Assembly (NCBI GenBank): GCA_963790825.1
Contig: CAWBPM010000003.1
Coordinates: forward strand, 317,681 to 381,680
DNA from: Candidatus Levyibacteriota bacterium
GTDB taxonomy: Bacteria; Patescibacteriota; Microgenomatia; Levybacterales; UBA12049
Direction of reading: 5' to 3'
Length of the DNA: 64,000 nt
Part shown: positions 9,443 to 20,168 of the stretch, in pieces
How positions within the stretch are numbered: the first letter of the stretch is position 1
Layout: every line of letters starts with the position of its first letter
Program-made: the position numbers and the translations under genes
The notes under the pieces: generated by a model
Told to the model about the DNA's origin: nothing
Seen by the model: the letters and a program-made list of their open reading frames with translations, nothing else
Database searches by the model: none

Positions 9443-10081
9443 ATGATTGAGGATCCCCTCTCCTTTACTATAGAACCTGAGAATTATGCCGAAACTGTTG
9501 TCAAACAAAACAGACAAATTGCGGAAAGTTTCCGCCTCAGTGTCTTAGCTGAAATTAAAAAGCGTAACTTAACTAAAGATGGAAATGAGATTGTAAGACA
9601 ACTGCTTGGGAGTGGCCAAGGTGGAGTTCTGGGAGTAATCAATAGTGAAGGACGTATGTTCCGACAAATGATGAAGACTATTCCTAATTCACACCCTGAT
9701 GCAATAGGAATAAATGTAGGAGGACTATCCGTATTTTATGCACTAGCCAACGGCAATAAAGCTAAATATAAAGAAGAAGGAGATGCTTTTGTTCGTGGAG
9801 TTGCCGGAAGAATGGGCTTTATTACACAGGACGATGATCCCTCCGCTTCAGAGCGAATAAGAATGGTCACAATTCCTGATGAGTTGGACCAGAAGCCTAA
9901 ATACAGCGTATCTATTCAGGATTTCCAATGGCTGGCGGGCACTCCATACTTAAGAGGACGGCAAATGTTTAAAGATAACAGACATCCCAGTCTGCCATAT
10001 GCCTTATCTACTTTTACTACTCTGGATATTGAACCGGATATGGTCTTTATCAGACGGTTACGCCTTCCATTCCTTTCTTGA
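9443..10081 (+). CDS. hypothetical protein
   Basis: 212-aa ORF, TTGACA and TACAAT upstream. Confidence 0.6.
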   Translation: MIEDPLSFTIEPENYAETVVKQNRQIAESFRLSVLAEIKKRNLTKDGNEIVRQLLGSGQGGVLGVINSEGRMFRQMMKTIPNSHPDAIGINVGGLSVFYALANGNKAKYKEEGDAFVRGVAGRMGFITQDDDPSASERIRMVTIPDELDQKPKYSVSIQDFQWLAGTPYLRGRQMFKDNRHPSLPYALSTFTTLDIEPDMVFIRRLRLPFLS

Positions 10082-10096
10082 TGTTCCTGGCTTTGA

Positions 10097-10579
10097 CTAC
10101 GGTGTGACCTTACCCGCGCGTAGGATAGCCGAATTCAGTTCAACCGGGTATTCGACATCCAGGATCGTATCTCCACGTTCGGGGTAAAACTCATCCCAGC
10201 GACAGACTGACCTTACGATATGTGAACAATTAGGATCATCCATCTCCTGTAAAAGTTCCTCACCCCCTCCGGCAACAGCTTCTTCTCTGCTGAGTACCTC
10301 AGACCCTTTATAAAAATGGCGGGTGGTCTCATGATGCTCGGAACCGGCTATAGTTTCACCATCTATGGTACCTCTGTATATCCAGTATTTTTCCAGCGCA
10401 AATGTTGAGGCAGCTTGTTCGGCAATTTCATTAAGGGATTTTTCTCCAAGAAAAACTACTGTATCCGCTTGGGGACGACTAAGATTGTACCCTGTACCGC
10501 AAAGACGGACCGCCCAGACTTTTTGAACTTCGACACAGACCGGGTTGTTCGGCGGATTTTTTATTATTGATTCCTTCAT
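10097..10579 (-). CDS. hypothetical protein
   Basis: 160-aa ORF, convergent with the previous gene. Confidence 0.55.
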   Translation of the reverse strand: MKESIIKNPPNNPVCVEVQKVWAVRLCGTGYNLSRPQADTVVFLGEKSLNEIAEQAASTFALEKYWIYRGTIDGETIAGSEHHETTRHFYKGSEVLSREEAVAGGGEELLQEMDDPNCSHIVRSVCRWDEFYPERGDTILDVEYPVELNSAILRAGKVTP

Positions 10580-10782
10580 TTAATTTAATATATCGCGTGG
10601 ACAATATAACAAAAGCGCTATGAATTGTCAAAACTATAAGTCAAAGTGGGTGTAGTCTCCACCCTCCGGTGATTTAGCTTTGCACTTGTTTTAGAAGCTA
10701 AATTTTTGTAATTTGATATGCATGACGGGTAGTTTACCAGGCTGTGTGCGGATTGAAAGAAAAATGCTAAAATAGGGCTCAT

Positions 10783-11352
10783 ATGTTAGAAGGGTTTACT
10801 GAAAGTGAACGAAGAGCTTTAGAACGGCTCAGACGCAGGACGCAAGAATTGTCTCCAATTGAGAAAGAACGATTAAGGCAAAGAAAAGAGGGGTATAGTA
10901 GTCCCGTAAATACTAGGGATATTGATCCGCTTCGTGATGTAATAGCTGCTTATACTGCATTAAATACGTGGATGCGGAAAGAAGCCGGAGATATGACTAC
11001 TACTTCGGAGGGTGTGTTGATTAAAAAAAGCATTCAACGACAAACTCCGGCAGGAATGGTAGAAGTAGTGCAGCATTTTAACCAGCCATATAGCCCAATT
11101 TATGTCACTTCGATGACAACGGGAAGACAGGGCATTTCACAGGAAGACTCCTTTACGCTTAATAGTGCAAGTTTTTTCGATTTGCGGGAGAGAAAAAGCA
11201 GTACCGGAAAAGTAACTACTTACTCAGAAATGTATCTTGCTGTATCCGGAGACCTTTCAGCCCAAAATATGACGTATGGGCAACGAAAGGCAGTTTTTGC
11301 TATCCACCAAATAATTATTTCAATTGTAGCTCCTCATAATCCTTCCGGGTAA
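10783..11352 (+). CDS. hypothetical protein
   Basis: 189-aa ORF preceded by a TGcTAAAAT extended -10. Confidence 0.6.
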   Translation: MLEGFTESERRALERLRRRTQELSPIEKERLRQRKEGYSSPVNTRDIDPLRDVIAAYTALNTWMRKEAGDMTTTSEGVLIKKSIQRQTPAGMVEVVQHFNQPYSPIYVTSMTTGRQGISQEDSFTLNSASFFDLRERKSSTGKVTTYSEMYLAVSGDLSAQNMTYGQRKAVFAIHQIIISIVAPHNPSG

Positions 11353-11441
11353 AGAGCGGAAAAGAACAAAGAAAAAGTAACTTATAGCGTAATTTTCCCA
11401 TTTATGCTGATATATTTTCTAAAAAGGGTTTAATTTTATAA

Positions 11442-12281
11442 TTAGTAAGTCTTAAAAGAAGTCCTATTTTTTTTCACTCTCCTGTAAACTTCTATAGGAG
11501 TAACTTTGGGTATAGCGGCTGCTGCCAATACTGCCGCAGGAATTAGTCCTATTAATTTTTCCCTGGATACAATTCGGGACTTATCATCAATAAGCTCGCC
11601 TCTATTCGTATACCGGTTATACGCCGAATATAAATTAGCTACTATTTGCGCTGTGTCCAAAGCCGGCTGCCGTTCAGGCATGGCTCCACTGGCAGTATTC
11701 AGAAATATTCTTCCGATTCTGGAACCCGGAAAAGCCAGTACGTTAGTGCCCACTTCGCGCACTTCGTGTCCGTCAAGCCACATAGTCAATTCTCTGACTA
11801 TTGTAGGCAGAGATGTCGTGAGTGCAACGCCGTCTGCTGCCAGCATTCCCGGTAAATCGTTTCTTTCGGCTGCGGATTTGCTTCGCAATAATGCAAGGAA
11901 TGATTCCTGTAATCTGTCCGTGGTTACATCCAGTACTGCACCAAAAGCTTTATTATGCTTTCCCGGTGTTTCTTTCTCAATGATTCCGGCTACTCCTCCA
12001 TCAACTGCATCACAAGCATAGCCCAGCATTTGTAAAACTAAGCTTAACCACCACATGACCTTTCTGTCTTTTTTTGCTTTTTTATTTTCGCTTTCCATGA
12101 TTACTCCGCCAATACCGACGGAGACGAAGCCTGCAAGGGTAATTTCATTCGGTGTAGCGCCCGGGATTACTTCATGCAGATGCCGGCTTATTGAATTTAC
12201 CGGTCTTTTGAATATCTTTCTAAATGGAGAATTCTTTCCGGCATGTCCGGCGAAAGGTGATTCGGACTCAATTTTCTTCAT
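11442..12281 (-). CDS. CDP-alcohol phosphatidyltransferase family protein
   Basis: TPNEIT, DAVDGGVA...GAVLDVTTDR signature. Confidence 0.8.
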   Translation of the reverse strand: MKKIESESPFAGHAGKNSPFRKIFKRPVNSISRHLHEVIPGATPNEITLAGFVSVGIGGVIMESENKKAKKDRKVMWWLSLVLQMLGYACDAVDGGVAGIIEKETPGKHNKAFGAVLDVTTDRLQESFLALLRSKSAAERNDLPGMLAADGVALTTSLPTIVRELTMWLDGHEVREVGTNVLAFPGSRIGRIFLNTASGAMPERQPALDTAQIVANLYSAYNRYTNRGELIDDKSRIVSREKLIGLIPAAVLAAAAIPKVTPIEVYRRVKKNRTSFKTY

Positions 12282-12370
12282 GGCTGGTAATATACTATAA
12301 CTGAGAGAATTTTGCAAAGAGTTTTGTTTCTTTTGTAGAAAAAGAACAGGAGAAATAGTAATTTAATAAC

Positions 12371-13108
12371 CTATCTCTTTTTTCTTCCCCCTCCCCGATT
12401 TCTTAAATTGATATAGACTTGCTGTATTACGCCCAAAAGCAACATCGTCCCGGCGTCAACCGAATTAGCATAATTAAATAAGGGAGGCTGGACTCCTGTT
12501 GCCATAATTGCGACGTCAATTACCGCGATACCTAAACATGCATTTCTTAAGAGTCTGGCTACGGTGACATCTTTACTTTCATCCTTCCTTTTCTTTGAAT
12601 TTACCACAGTTGTTTCGATATAAGGAAATAACACTGTCGTTGATTTTACACTTTCTCTTTCCGCTTTCCTTCTTTCAAGAGTTGCTTTGATTATTGTTTT
12701 TTGTTCCTCACTAACTTCAGGATCTATGGGTAGTCTATCTAAAATTGTAATCGCCGTATCAAAGTCGGGTGGAGTCAGTTCGGCTTTATGAAATTTAGCA
12801 AATTCTTTTATGTCCTTACTGTTATTTATAAGACGGGCACCTGCTTCTACTTGTTGTTTCAGTTGAAAATTTATTCTGCCTACCACAGAGGGATCGATTT
12901 GTAAATTTTGTCCGAGTACATCATACAAGGCTAATTTTGTTGTTCCGTAAAATTCGGGAGCTCGGGGTGTGGCTTTTTCCACAGCTAAATCGGCTGACCC
13001 GGAATTTACAGCAGTATTGTCTGATTGCCCACTCGACTGTCCTGTTGCATCCGGATGTGGTTCAATTAAATGTCGAGGGGAAAGACGACCATGTTCTACT
13101 AATGGCAT
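12371..13108 (-). CDS. hypothetical protein with C-terminal TM hairpin
   Basis: 245-aa ORF with two hydrophobic segments near the C-terminus. Confidence 0.6.
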   Translation of the reverse strand: MPLVEHGRLSPRHLIEPHPDATGQSSGQSDNTAVNSGSADLAVEKATPRAPEFYGTTKLALYDVLGQNLQIDPSVVGRINFQLKQQVEAGARLINNSKDIKEFAKFHKAELTPPDFDTAITILDRLPIDPEVSEEQKTIIKATLERRKAERESVKSTTVLFPYIETTVVNSKKRKDESKDVTVARLLRNACLGIAVIDVAIMATGVQPPLFNYANSVDAGTMLLLGVIQQVYINLRNRGGGRKKR

Positions 13109-13196
13109 CTTGAGGGAATTATACTAGGGGTTGGTATAATTTGCAATTATCTCTTTTTATGAGACTTTTGCAGCTAATTTTTTTCGATTCATAATT

Positions 13197-14111
13197 TCAG
13201 ACGGTTTTTTCTATTTGCTTCTCTGTTTCAAACTTCCTATAAGCTTTAAGTTTAGTTTGCAAAACCTGTGAGATAAACTCACGGTAGTCAAGGGGATGGA
13301 AAGCGAGGATATTTTTCGTTATTGTTTCGCGTGTGACGTGAGGACGCATATATCGTTTCTGCAGAATTTTTGCACCAACTTCAAACAAACGCAATAAAAA
13401 CGTAGCGGATTTACTAAGTTTAGTTGACATCTTATGAACCATCTTTTTGCGCCTAATTTTTAAACAATTGGGCATCCAGAACGTTACCCAGGAGTTGGCT
13501 TTTATAAATTTTTTGTAGGTGTCGTCCCGATCAAAAAGCGGCAGGAGTTGTACTACTTCGTGCGCACTGTACATATCCTGCCGGTTCAGAGGAAGATGAA
13601 GTGCGGATTCGTCTATCAGCATGTTTAAACAAATCTTATTTGCAGTTTTTTTCCGACTCGTTCGTTTTCTGCGAAGTCCTTTCATCTGAAGTATGCTAAG
13701 CAGGCATAATCTGCTAATCCATAACGTCCCCCTAGCCGCAATAATAAATAAATCAATGTCATCCTCCGGCTCTGCATTTAACATCGCGACACTTCCGCTG
13801 ATGCCTATCAGTTTAACTGTGGGAATTTTGCCTAAAAAGCGAATAAGTTTCTTTGCTTGATATACTTTTTTCTTGCTTTCTTTCTGTCTTTCAGCCCGAA
13901 TCTGCAAGGTAATTGCCTGGTCCCGCGGCGCATACCACCCGCGGCGCCGAACAAGTAGGAATGATAGTGCGCTGAGCGAATCTGCTACATTCTTTTTTGT
14001 AAATTTGTGAGAACTTAAAACATAGCGCCAGATTTCAGATTGAGACAGCGGATAGCGAAACATACTGCTATAGACAATCGTCCTTAGAACTACTTGAGAA
14101 TTATTTTCCAT
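13197..14111 (-). CDS. Pol-beta-type nucleotidyltransferase-domain protein
   Basis: ISGSVA...DDIDLFII; KICLN. Confidence 0.7.
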   Translation of the reverse strand: MENNSQVVLRTIVYSSMFRYPLSQSEIWRYVLSSHKFTKKNVADSLSALSFLLVRRRGWYAPRDQAITLQIRAERQKESKKKVYQAKKLIRFLGKIPTVKLIGISGSVAMLNAEPEDDIDLFIIAARGTLWISRLCLLSILQMKGLRRKRTSRKKTANKICLNMLIDESALHLPLNRQDMYSAHEVVQLLPLFDRDDTYKKFIKANSWVTFWMPNCLKIRRKKMVHKMSTKLSKSATFLLRLFEVGAKILQKRYMRPHVTRETITKNILAFHPLDYREFISQVLQTKLKAYRKFETEKQIEKTV

Positions 14112-15522
14112 ACTGATTTAGTACTTGTGTCACGCCGTTTGTCAGCGTTCCGACAGCCGACTGGGCAGAGGTATTGCCAAGCATTGAGCGAACAGCGTTG
14201 CCCAGATATCCATTTGCCTGGTCATTTAATCCGTCATCATAGGTATCGCTCGCGAAAAACGTAGAAACAGCAGTCGGCGCTTGTTCTACGAAAGGATACA
14301 CAAGCGGGTTATCCTTTACCAGCGGCGCCAAATCGACCCTAGCATACGGTTCGCCGAAGGCGCGGAGTTTTGATTCTTCAGTAAATATTTTTTGCTGCGT
14401 ATCTTTCTGCGCTAAATAATGCATGAGAAGCATGGCCGCACCGGGATTTTTACTTTTACTCGAAACTCCCTCCACCCAATAGCTGGCAACTGTAAATCTT
14501 CTTCCTCCCAGTAAACGCGGGACGGGATTGACATGGAATTTGAGATTAGGATTTATAGACTTCATGGTAAAGATATCCCAGGAGTAACCGAAGTACATCC
14601 CGACACTTCCGCTGGCAAAGGCTTGAATTGAAGGTTCACGATTCGGATCCCATACGCTATTTGCAAACTGCATATAGTAGGTTAAGGCATCAGCTGTGTA
14701 GCTTTGCGATGAAGCCATTGATTTTAGGTCAACTCCATTTTGCAAAAACAGCAGTGAAATAATATCCGGAGCATGGGTAATATTATCGTATGCACCGAGT
14801 GCCGCTCCTGCTGTTTTCGTATTTCCGGTAATCGGATCAGTAACCGTCAGACTGTGGGCGACTTTACTAAAATCATCCCAGGTATCCGGAATTTTCGCTC
14901 CTGCCGCTTGAAACATATCGTCATTAGTAAAAAGTTCAAGAGTATCAATTTCCAATGGAATTCCGAATATCGCACCGCTACGCGTAATATCGGTTTTGGT
15001 AACGGGATAGTAGTATTTTTGGAAATCCTGCGGAGTGATAACACTTGTCGGCATTGGCAGCAGGTAACCGGAAAGCATGGGAAGCCAGGTATTATGGTAG
15101 CGGAAAATATCCGGACCGTCACCATTATTAATTCTGGTTGTCAGACGATCGCGGTATTGTTTGATATCCTGCTCAACGTAATTAACGCTAATATGCGGAT
15201 TTGCCCTATGGAAATCAGCAAAAATTCCTTGCATTACGCTGCTGTTTTCCCAGAGTCCCCAATATGTCAAAGTAACATTATTATTCAAATTTGGTCCATT
15301 TTTGAGTAACATAACAGCGCCAAAAAAAATAAGGAGTAGAATAATAACGCCTACTACCCCGGCAATAATGATTTTCAGCTTTGAGGAGCCGGGAGCCGGA
15401 GGAGAAGTTGCCGGTGGCTGAGCGGGTACACCCGGAGAAGGATTTCCCGTACTTGGCGGATAAGAAGGAGGCGGTGGCGGAACCAGCGGTTTATTTTGAG
15501 TGAAAATAACATCTTCATTCAT
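14101..15522 (-). CDS. extracellular solute-binding protein, family 1
   Basis: Pro-rich N-terminus, TM anchor, LTYWGLWE, GPDIF, FGYSW. Confidence 0.85.
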   Translation of the reverse strand: MNEDVIFTQNKPLVPPPPPSYPPSTGNPSPGVPAQPPATSPPAPGSSKLKIIIAGVVGVIILLLIFFGAVMLLKNGPNLNNNVTLTYWGLWENSSVMQGIFADFHRANPHISVNYVEQDIKQYRDRLTTRINNGDGPDIFRYHNTWLPMLSGYLLPMPTSVITPQDFQKYYYPVTKTDITRSGAIFGIPLEIDTLELFTNDDMFQAAGAKIPDTWDDFSKVAHSLTVTDPITGNTKTAGAALGAYDNITHAPDIISLLFLQNGVDLKSMASSQSYTADALTYYMQFANSVWDPNREPSIQAFASGSVGMYFGYSWDIFTMKSINPNLKFHVNPVPRLLGGRRFTVASYWVEGVSSKSKNPGAAMLLMHYLAQKDTQQKIFTEESKLRAFGEPYARVDLAPLVKDNPLVYPFVEQAPTAVSTFFASDTYDDGLNDQANGYLGNAVRSMLGNTSAQSAVGTLTNGVTQVLNQYGK

Positions 15523-15577
15523 AATGAGTTATCTTCTATAGTATAATACGATTATAGCCTTCGCCGCAATTATCCTT

Positions 15578-17002
15578 ATGAAAAAAACAAAAATATATAT
15601 CATGGACACGGTTATCAATTATAAAAAAATTATTTATGTCTTTTTTTGGTTTTTTCTGGGAGTAATTCTTGGTCTTTTCTTCTTTTTCAGCTTTTTATTT
15701 ATTTATTACCAAAATACTTATGCAAATAAAGTTTATCCCGGTGTTTTTGTGAACGGTATGGATTTTGGCGGAAAGACACAAAATGAAGTCAGACAATTTT
15801 TTGCCGGGAGAAATGCTTCATTTTCAGATACAAAATTTGTCTTTTCTGATAATACACACATCGCATCCGCTTCTGCTAATTACCTGGAATTTGGCTACGA
15901 TCAGAATCTTATTTCCCAGCAAGTTTACACTATCGGCAGATCTGACAGTTTACTGTCTAATATCAGCCTTCTCGTACAAGCGTATATTAACGGCATCAAC
16001 CTTCCCCCGTCTTTCCATTACTCCGATAACCAGCTTACCCGCGTTCTTACACTGATTATTAAACAGATAAATATAAAACCTGTTGATGGACTGTTTACTT
16101 TTAGCGGTGGAAGGGTATCGGCTTTCCGTCTCGCCCAGGACGGACAGGAGGTAGACATAGCCAGTATACAAAATAAACTTATGGACAGTGCATCTCTTAT
16201 GGCAAGCGGCAGAGAGAAAACAATTCTTATTCCCCTAACGATTAATACACTAAAACCGGCAGTAGCGAATGACAAGGTAAATAATTTGGGTATTAAAGAA
16301 TTGCTGGCGAGCGGTACTTCGTTATTTTTTGGTTCAATTGCAAATCGTATTTATAACATTACCCTGGCTGCGACCCGATTAAACGGTGTGCTTATTCCGC
16401 CCAACCAGGTTTTTTCCTTTGATCAAGCACTGGGTGATATTTCGGCTTTCAGCGGGTATAAACAAGCTTATGTTATTCAAAATGGCCATACTGTTTTAGG
16501 AGACGGCGGCGGCGTCTGTCAGGTTTCAACTACGTTTTTCCGCGCAGTCCTAAATGCCGGTTTTCCTATCGTCGAACGCCATGCTCACGCTTACAGAGTG
16601 CATTATTACGAGGAGGATTCAGGTCCGGGCATTGATGCGGCTGTCTATTCTCCGACTGTTGATTTAAAGTTTAAAAATGACAGCGGAAATTATTTGTTAA
16701 TCCAATCAATTGTCGATCCGGCAAATGACAGATTAACATTCCAATTGTACGGAACTAAAGACGGGAGAGAAGTTACTATCGGTAATCCTGTTATTGTGTC
16801 CCAAACCCCGGCTCCGCCTCCCCTATACCAGGATGACCCGGCGCTTCCTAAGGGCACGGTCCAGCAAACAGATTTCCAAGCCGACGGTGCATCTGTTTAC
16901 TTTAAAAGGGAAGTTAAGCAAAACGGAAAAATAATTATTTCCGATAAATTTGTTTCAAATTACCAACCGTGGCAAGCGGTCTATTTGAGAGGAACACAAT
17001 AA
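15578..17002 (+). CDS. VanW family protein with PG-binding domain
   Basis: GGGVCQVSTT, ERHAH, PGIDA, DLKFKN; N-terminal TM and PGVFVNG. Confidence 0.9.
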   Translation: MKKTKIYIMDTVINYKKIIYVFFWFFLGVILGLFFFFSFLFIYYQNTYANKVYPGVFVNGMDFGGKTQNEVRQFFAGRNASFSDTKFVFSDNTHIASASANYLEFGYDQNLISQQVYTIGRSDSLLSNISLLVQAYINGINLPPSFHYSDNQLTRVLTLIIKQINIKPVDGLFTFSGGRVSAFRLAQDGQEVDIASIQNKLMDSASLMASGREKTILIPLTINTLKPAVANDKVNNLGIKELLASGTSLFFGSIANRIYNITLAATRLNGVLIPPNQVFSFDQALGDISAFSGYKQAYVIQNGHTVLGDGGGVCQVSTTFFRAVLNAGFPIVERHAHAYRVHYYEEDSGPGIDAAVYSPTVDLKFKNDSGNYLLIQSIVDPANDRLTFQLYGTKDGREVTIGNPVIVSQTPAPPPLYQDDPALPKGTVQQTDFQADGASVYFKREVKQNGKIIISDKFVSNYQPWQAVYLRGTQ

Positions 17003-17083
17003 GAATTTAGAATTCAGAATTGAAAATTTAACATATAATTATTTTCCTGCAAACTCTGAATTCTAAACTCTGAATTTTAAATT
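17003..17083. repeat. inverted heptamer-repeat hairpin (empty)
   Basis: GAATTTA/GAATTCA/GAATTGA arm; TTTAGAATTCAGA 17006-17018 pairs with TCTGAATTCTAAA 17055-17067. Confidence 0.7.
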
Positions 17084-17569
17084 ATGAATAAGATTCTTTC
17101 AATTAAACAGGTAACTTCAGAGATTAAACACTTAAGAAAAAATGGCAAAAAAATAGTTCTGGCCGGCGGTTGTTTTGATATTCTCCATAATGGTCATATT
17201 GCTTTTCTTAAAATGGCGAAAAAACAAGGAGACGTACTATTCGTATTTCTGGAGAGCGATGAGAAAATCCGGCAATTAAAGGGAGCAGGCAGGCCGATTA
17301 ATTCACAACCGGTTCGCGCCAGTCTTCTGTCTTTTCTTTCAAGTGTTGATTATGTTCTTCCTTTACCCTTCTTTAAAGACAACCTCGCCTATGACAGGCT
17401 GGTAAAAAAAATAAAACCTGATATAATTGCAACAACCAAGGGAGAGGCGGCAAATATTCACATTAGGCGTCAGGCCGTAGCGGTCAATGCTCGGGTTTGC
17501 GAAGTAACGGAGCGAATTCCCAATCAGTCCAGCAGCCGTTTTGCCTCCTCTATTCCGGATAAAAAATAA
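17084..17569 (+). CDS. cytidylyltransferase (RfaE domain II/TagD-like)
   Basis: GGCFDILHNGH, KGAGRPIN. Confidence 0.88.
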   Translation: MNKILSIKQVTSEIKHLRKNGKKIVLAGGCFDILHNGHIAFLKMAKKQGDVLFVFLESDEKIRQLKGAGRPINSQPVRASLLSFLSSVDYVLPLPFFKDNLAYDRLVKKIKPDIIATTKGEAANIHIRRQAVAVNARVCEVTERIPNQSSSRFASSIPDKK

Positions 17570-17571
17570 TC

Positions 17572-18084
17572 ATGAAACTAATTTTGGCTGTTTTTGCCAT
17601 TTTACTTTTTCTTTTAGCTACTTTTGTTTTTATTACCTATCATGGAGTGTTAAAAAATCCTAAAAATACTGCTACTACTCAGAAAATAACAGCTACTATG
17701 CCGCCTATAAAGATGACGACGGGAACGGTAACTATACGGGGACACGCATTTAGCGTGGAAACTGTCAGATCTACTCATGATCAGGAAATCGGTCTTTCCG
17801 GAAGAGATTCGCTACCCTCTACTCATGGTATGCTTTTTCTTTTCTCTTCCCCGTCAGATCTTCGCTTCTGGATGAAAAATATGAAGTTTCCTTTGGATAT
17901 CATTTTCATAAACGGCAATACAATTAATACTATCAGGCAAAACCTTGCTCCGGTCAGCTCAAGTGAGCAAAATCCCCCCATTTATATGCCTGTAAAAGTT
18001 TCGGATAAAGTGCTTGAGATAAATGCTAATCTTTCGCAAAAATACGGCTTTCAAGTTGGAGATAACGTATCTATACAACCATGA
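17572..18084 (+). CDS. DUF192 family protein
   Basis: GLSGR, GMLF, FWMKNMKFPLDIIF, VLEIN. Confidence 0.9.
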   Translation: MKLILAVFAILLFLLATFVFITYHGVLKNPKNTATTQKITATMPPIKMTTGTVTIRGHAFSVETVRSTHDQEIGLSGRDSLPSTHGMLFLFSSPSDLRFWMKNMKFPLDIIFINGNTINTIRQNLAPVSSSEQNPPIYMPVKVSDKVLEINANLSQKYGFQVGDNVSIQP

Positions 18085-19121
18085 TTATCCTCGGTATTGA
18101 AACATCGTGCGACGAAACGTCCACCGGTATTATTGAAGTAATAGGGAAAACTCGAAAGATTACTCTGCTTTCAAATGTCGTTGCTACTTCACTCGCACTT
18201 CATAGTAAAACAGGCGGCATTATTCCGGAAATTGCAGCCAGAGAACAAATTAAATATATGCTTCCTGTTTTAGACCAAGCCTTACAAGAAGCATTCCAAT
18301 TATCAATTCCTCCTATCGATGCCATCTCAGTAACCTATGGACCCGGACTCATCGGCTCCCTTCTTGTGGGAGTAGAAACAGCAAGAACTTTGAGCTATAT
18401 ATGGAAAAAACCGCTAATTCCTGTCAATCATATGCTCGGTCATATTTACGCAAACTGGATTGGTGAAAAAAATATCGAGTTTCCTGCAATCGCGCTTGTT
18501 GTATCGGGAGGACATACTGATCTTTTACTGCTTAAGAATCACAAGGATATAACCCTTCTGGGAGGGACCAGGGACGATGCTGCAGGCGAAGCCTTTGATA
18601 AGATCGCCAGACTTTTGGGTCTTCCCTATCCGGGCGGTCCGGTAATTGAAAGACTGGCTAAGATGGGAAATGCCAAACAGTTTCGTTTTCCCCGTCCTCT
18701 CTGGGATTCCGGAGATTATGATTTCTCTTTTTCCGGTCTTAAAACAGCAGTGCTTCGGGTGGTAATAAATCTTTCTTCTTCGCTATCCAAAGAAGGCAAA
18801 CTTGACGGGGAAACTGTTAATAATATAGCTGCTTCTGTTCTGGAAGCTGTCGTCGATGTTTTAACTAATAAAACGCTTAGAGCAGTAAGGCAATACCAGG
18901 TAAAATCGTTACTATTAGCAGGAGGAGTCGCTGCCAATCAAACCCTGAAAGAGAAATTCGAAGCGAAGATTACAGAACAGCAGTTACCGGTACAATTATT
19001 TGTTCCCGATAAAAATTTATGTACCGACAACGGTGCCATGATCGCAGCGGCAGCCTATTTTAATTATCATCCAATTCCCTGGCAAGATATTACTCCCGAT
19101 CCTGAATTATATTTCGAGTAG
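18081..19121 (+). CDS. tsaD: tRNA N6-threonylcarbamoyltransferase TsaD
   Basis: LGIETSCDET, HMLGH, VSGGHT, DDAAGEAFDK, TDNGAMIA. Confidence 0.96.
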   Translation: MIILGIETSCDETSTGIIEVIGKTRKITLLSNVVATSLALHSKTGGIIPEIAAREQIKYMLPVLDQALQEAFQLSIPPIDAISVTYGPGLIGSLLVGVETARTLSYIWKKPLIPVNHMLGHIYANWIGEKNIEFPAIALVVSGGHTDLLLLKNHKDITLLGGTRDDAAGEAFDKIARLLGLPYPGGPVIERLAKMGNAKQFRFPRPLWDSGDYDFSFSGLKTAVLRVVINLSSSLSKEGKLDGETVNNIAASVLEAVVDVLTNKTLRAVRQYQVKSLLLAGGVAANQTLKEKFEAKITEQQLPVQLFVPDKNLCTDNGAMIAAAAYFNYHPIPWQDITPDPELYFE

Positions 19122-19139
19122 GCAAAGAGGTAATGATTT

Positions 19140-20117
19140 ATGTCAGTTGTAAAAGAAGCAGTTATTGGACTTGGAGAACGGGCACTTTTGACTCCGCAAA
19201 AAGAATTACTCAGAAGATTCCCGGGTATTGGAAATGGCTTTGTTCTAAGCGAGCAAACTGTTAAACATATGACAATACGTGTTTGCGGGGACAGTATTAT
19301 GTATCCATACGGTGTTCGGGGAAATGGATATAAAACGTTTAGTGACATACTAGCAGGGGCCGTTACTGCGAGTGGTATTGGGCAGTGGCAAAGCTATACT
19401 CATGCAGTTCCCGGCGCAGACAATGAGGAAATTATGGAGCAGTTGGAAAATCCTGAGACTAAAAAAGAGATCATTCAGGACAGAGGAAATGTGCTTGTTT
19501 TTCTGGGAGCAAACGGTAATCGCTTTAGAAGAATGATAAAAACAGAACAAGATTTTGCGACAATGAGATCGCTGGCGGACAATCCATTTCAGAGAGAAGC
19601 AGCGGGTAAATTAAAAGAATTTTTTGAGATAAAGGCTGACTTTGGCAGAACTTTTTCCCATATGCTTCGCGCTATTCATAAGATGAGCGAAGATCGTCTG
19701 CAAAGAGGAAACTCACAAATAATGCTTTTTATTGAATTACCATATGATTACGGTGAAGCTTCCGCCATTCATTGCGTTCCGCCCAACTCGGCAAATTTCC
19801 AAGAGACTCATGATATTAATCTTAAAGATTATCTTTACGGAAAAAAGTTCGGCTATGCACCGACTGTTGCGATGATTAAGCAAATCGGGAGACGGGTTTC
19901 CCGCTTTAAAGCCTCACCTTCCAAACTTCTCTTGGCTACACTTTCGACATTTGGCTTAGAAAAACACTGCACGCAAGATGAACATTTAGACCAAAGCGGG
20001 CATTACGAGCTGGCAAAGCGTACTGCGGAAAGAATTGCAATTATGGATAAATCGGGTACTATTCGGAAACTTTCTTCACTGCCTAAAATTCAGGAGGTCT
20101 TTGTAAATTCCGTCTGA
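19140..20117 (+). CDS. hypothetical protein, possible SGNH/GDSL hydrolase
   Basis: VCGDSI, PGA, GANGN, DEHL resemble SGNH blocks I/II/III/V. Confidence 0.5.
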   Translation: MSVVKEAVIGLGERALLTPQKELLRRFPGIGNGFVLSEQTVKHMTIRVCGDSIMYPYGVRGNGYKTFSDILAGAVTASGIGQWQSYTHAVPGADNEEIMEQLENPETKKEIIQDRGNVLVFLGANGNRFRRMIKTEQDFATMRSLADNPFQREAAGKLKEFFEIKADFGRTFSHMLRAIHKMSEDRLQRGNSQIMLFIELPYDYGEASAIHCVPPNSANFQETHDINLKDYLYGKKFGYAPTVAMIKQIGRRVSRFKASPSKLLLATLSTFGLEKHCTQDEHLDQSGHYELAKRTAERIAIMDKSGTIRKLSSLPKIQEVFVNSV

Positions 20118-20168
20118 CAATATGATGTTTATCTTGACAAATCAGGATAAATCACACAAACTATAGAT

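Noticed and set aside
11506-12021. Long antisense ORFs (also 14773-15309, 21530-21940, 32412-32798, 61004-61426)
   Set aside because: Shadow frames of well-supported genes, with no recognisable motifs.
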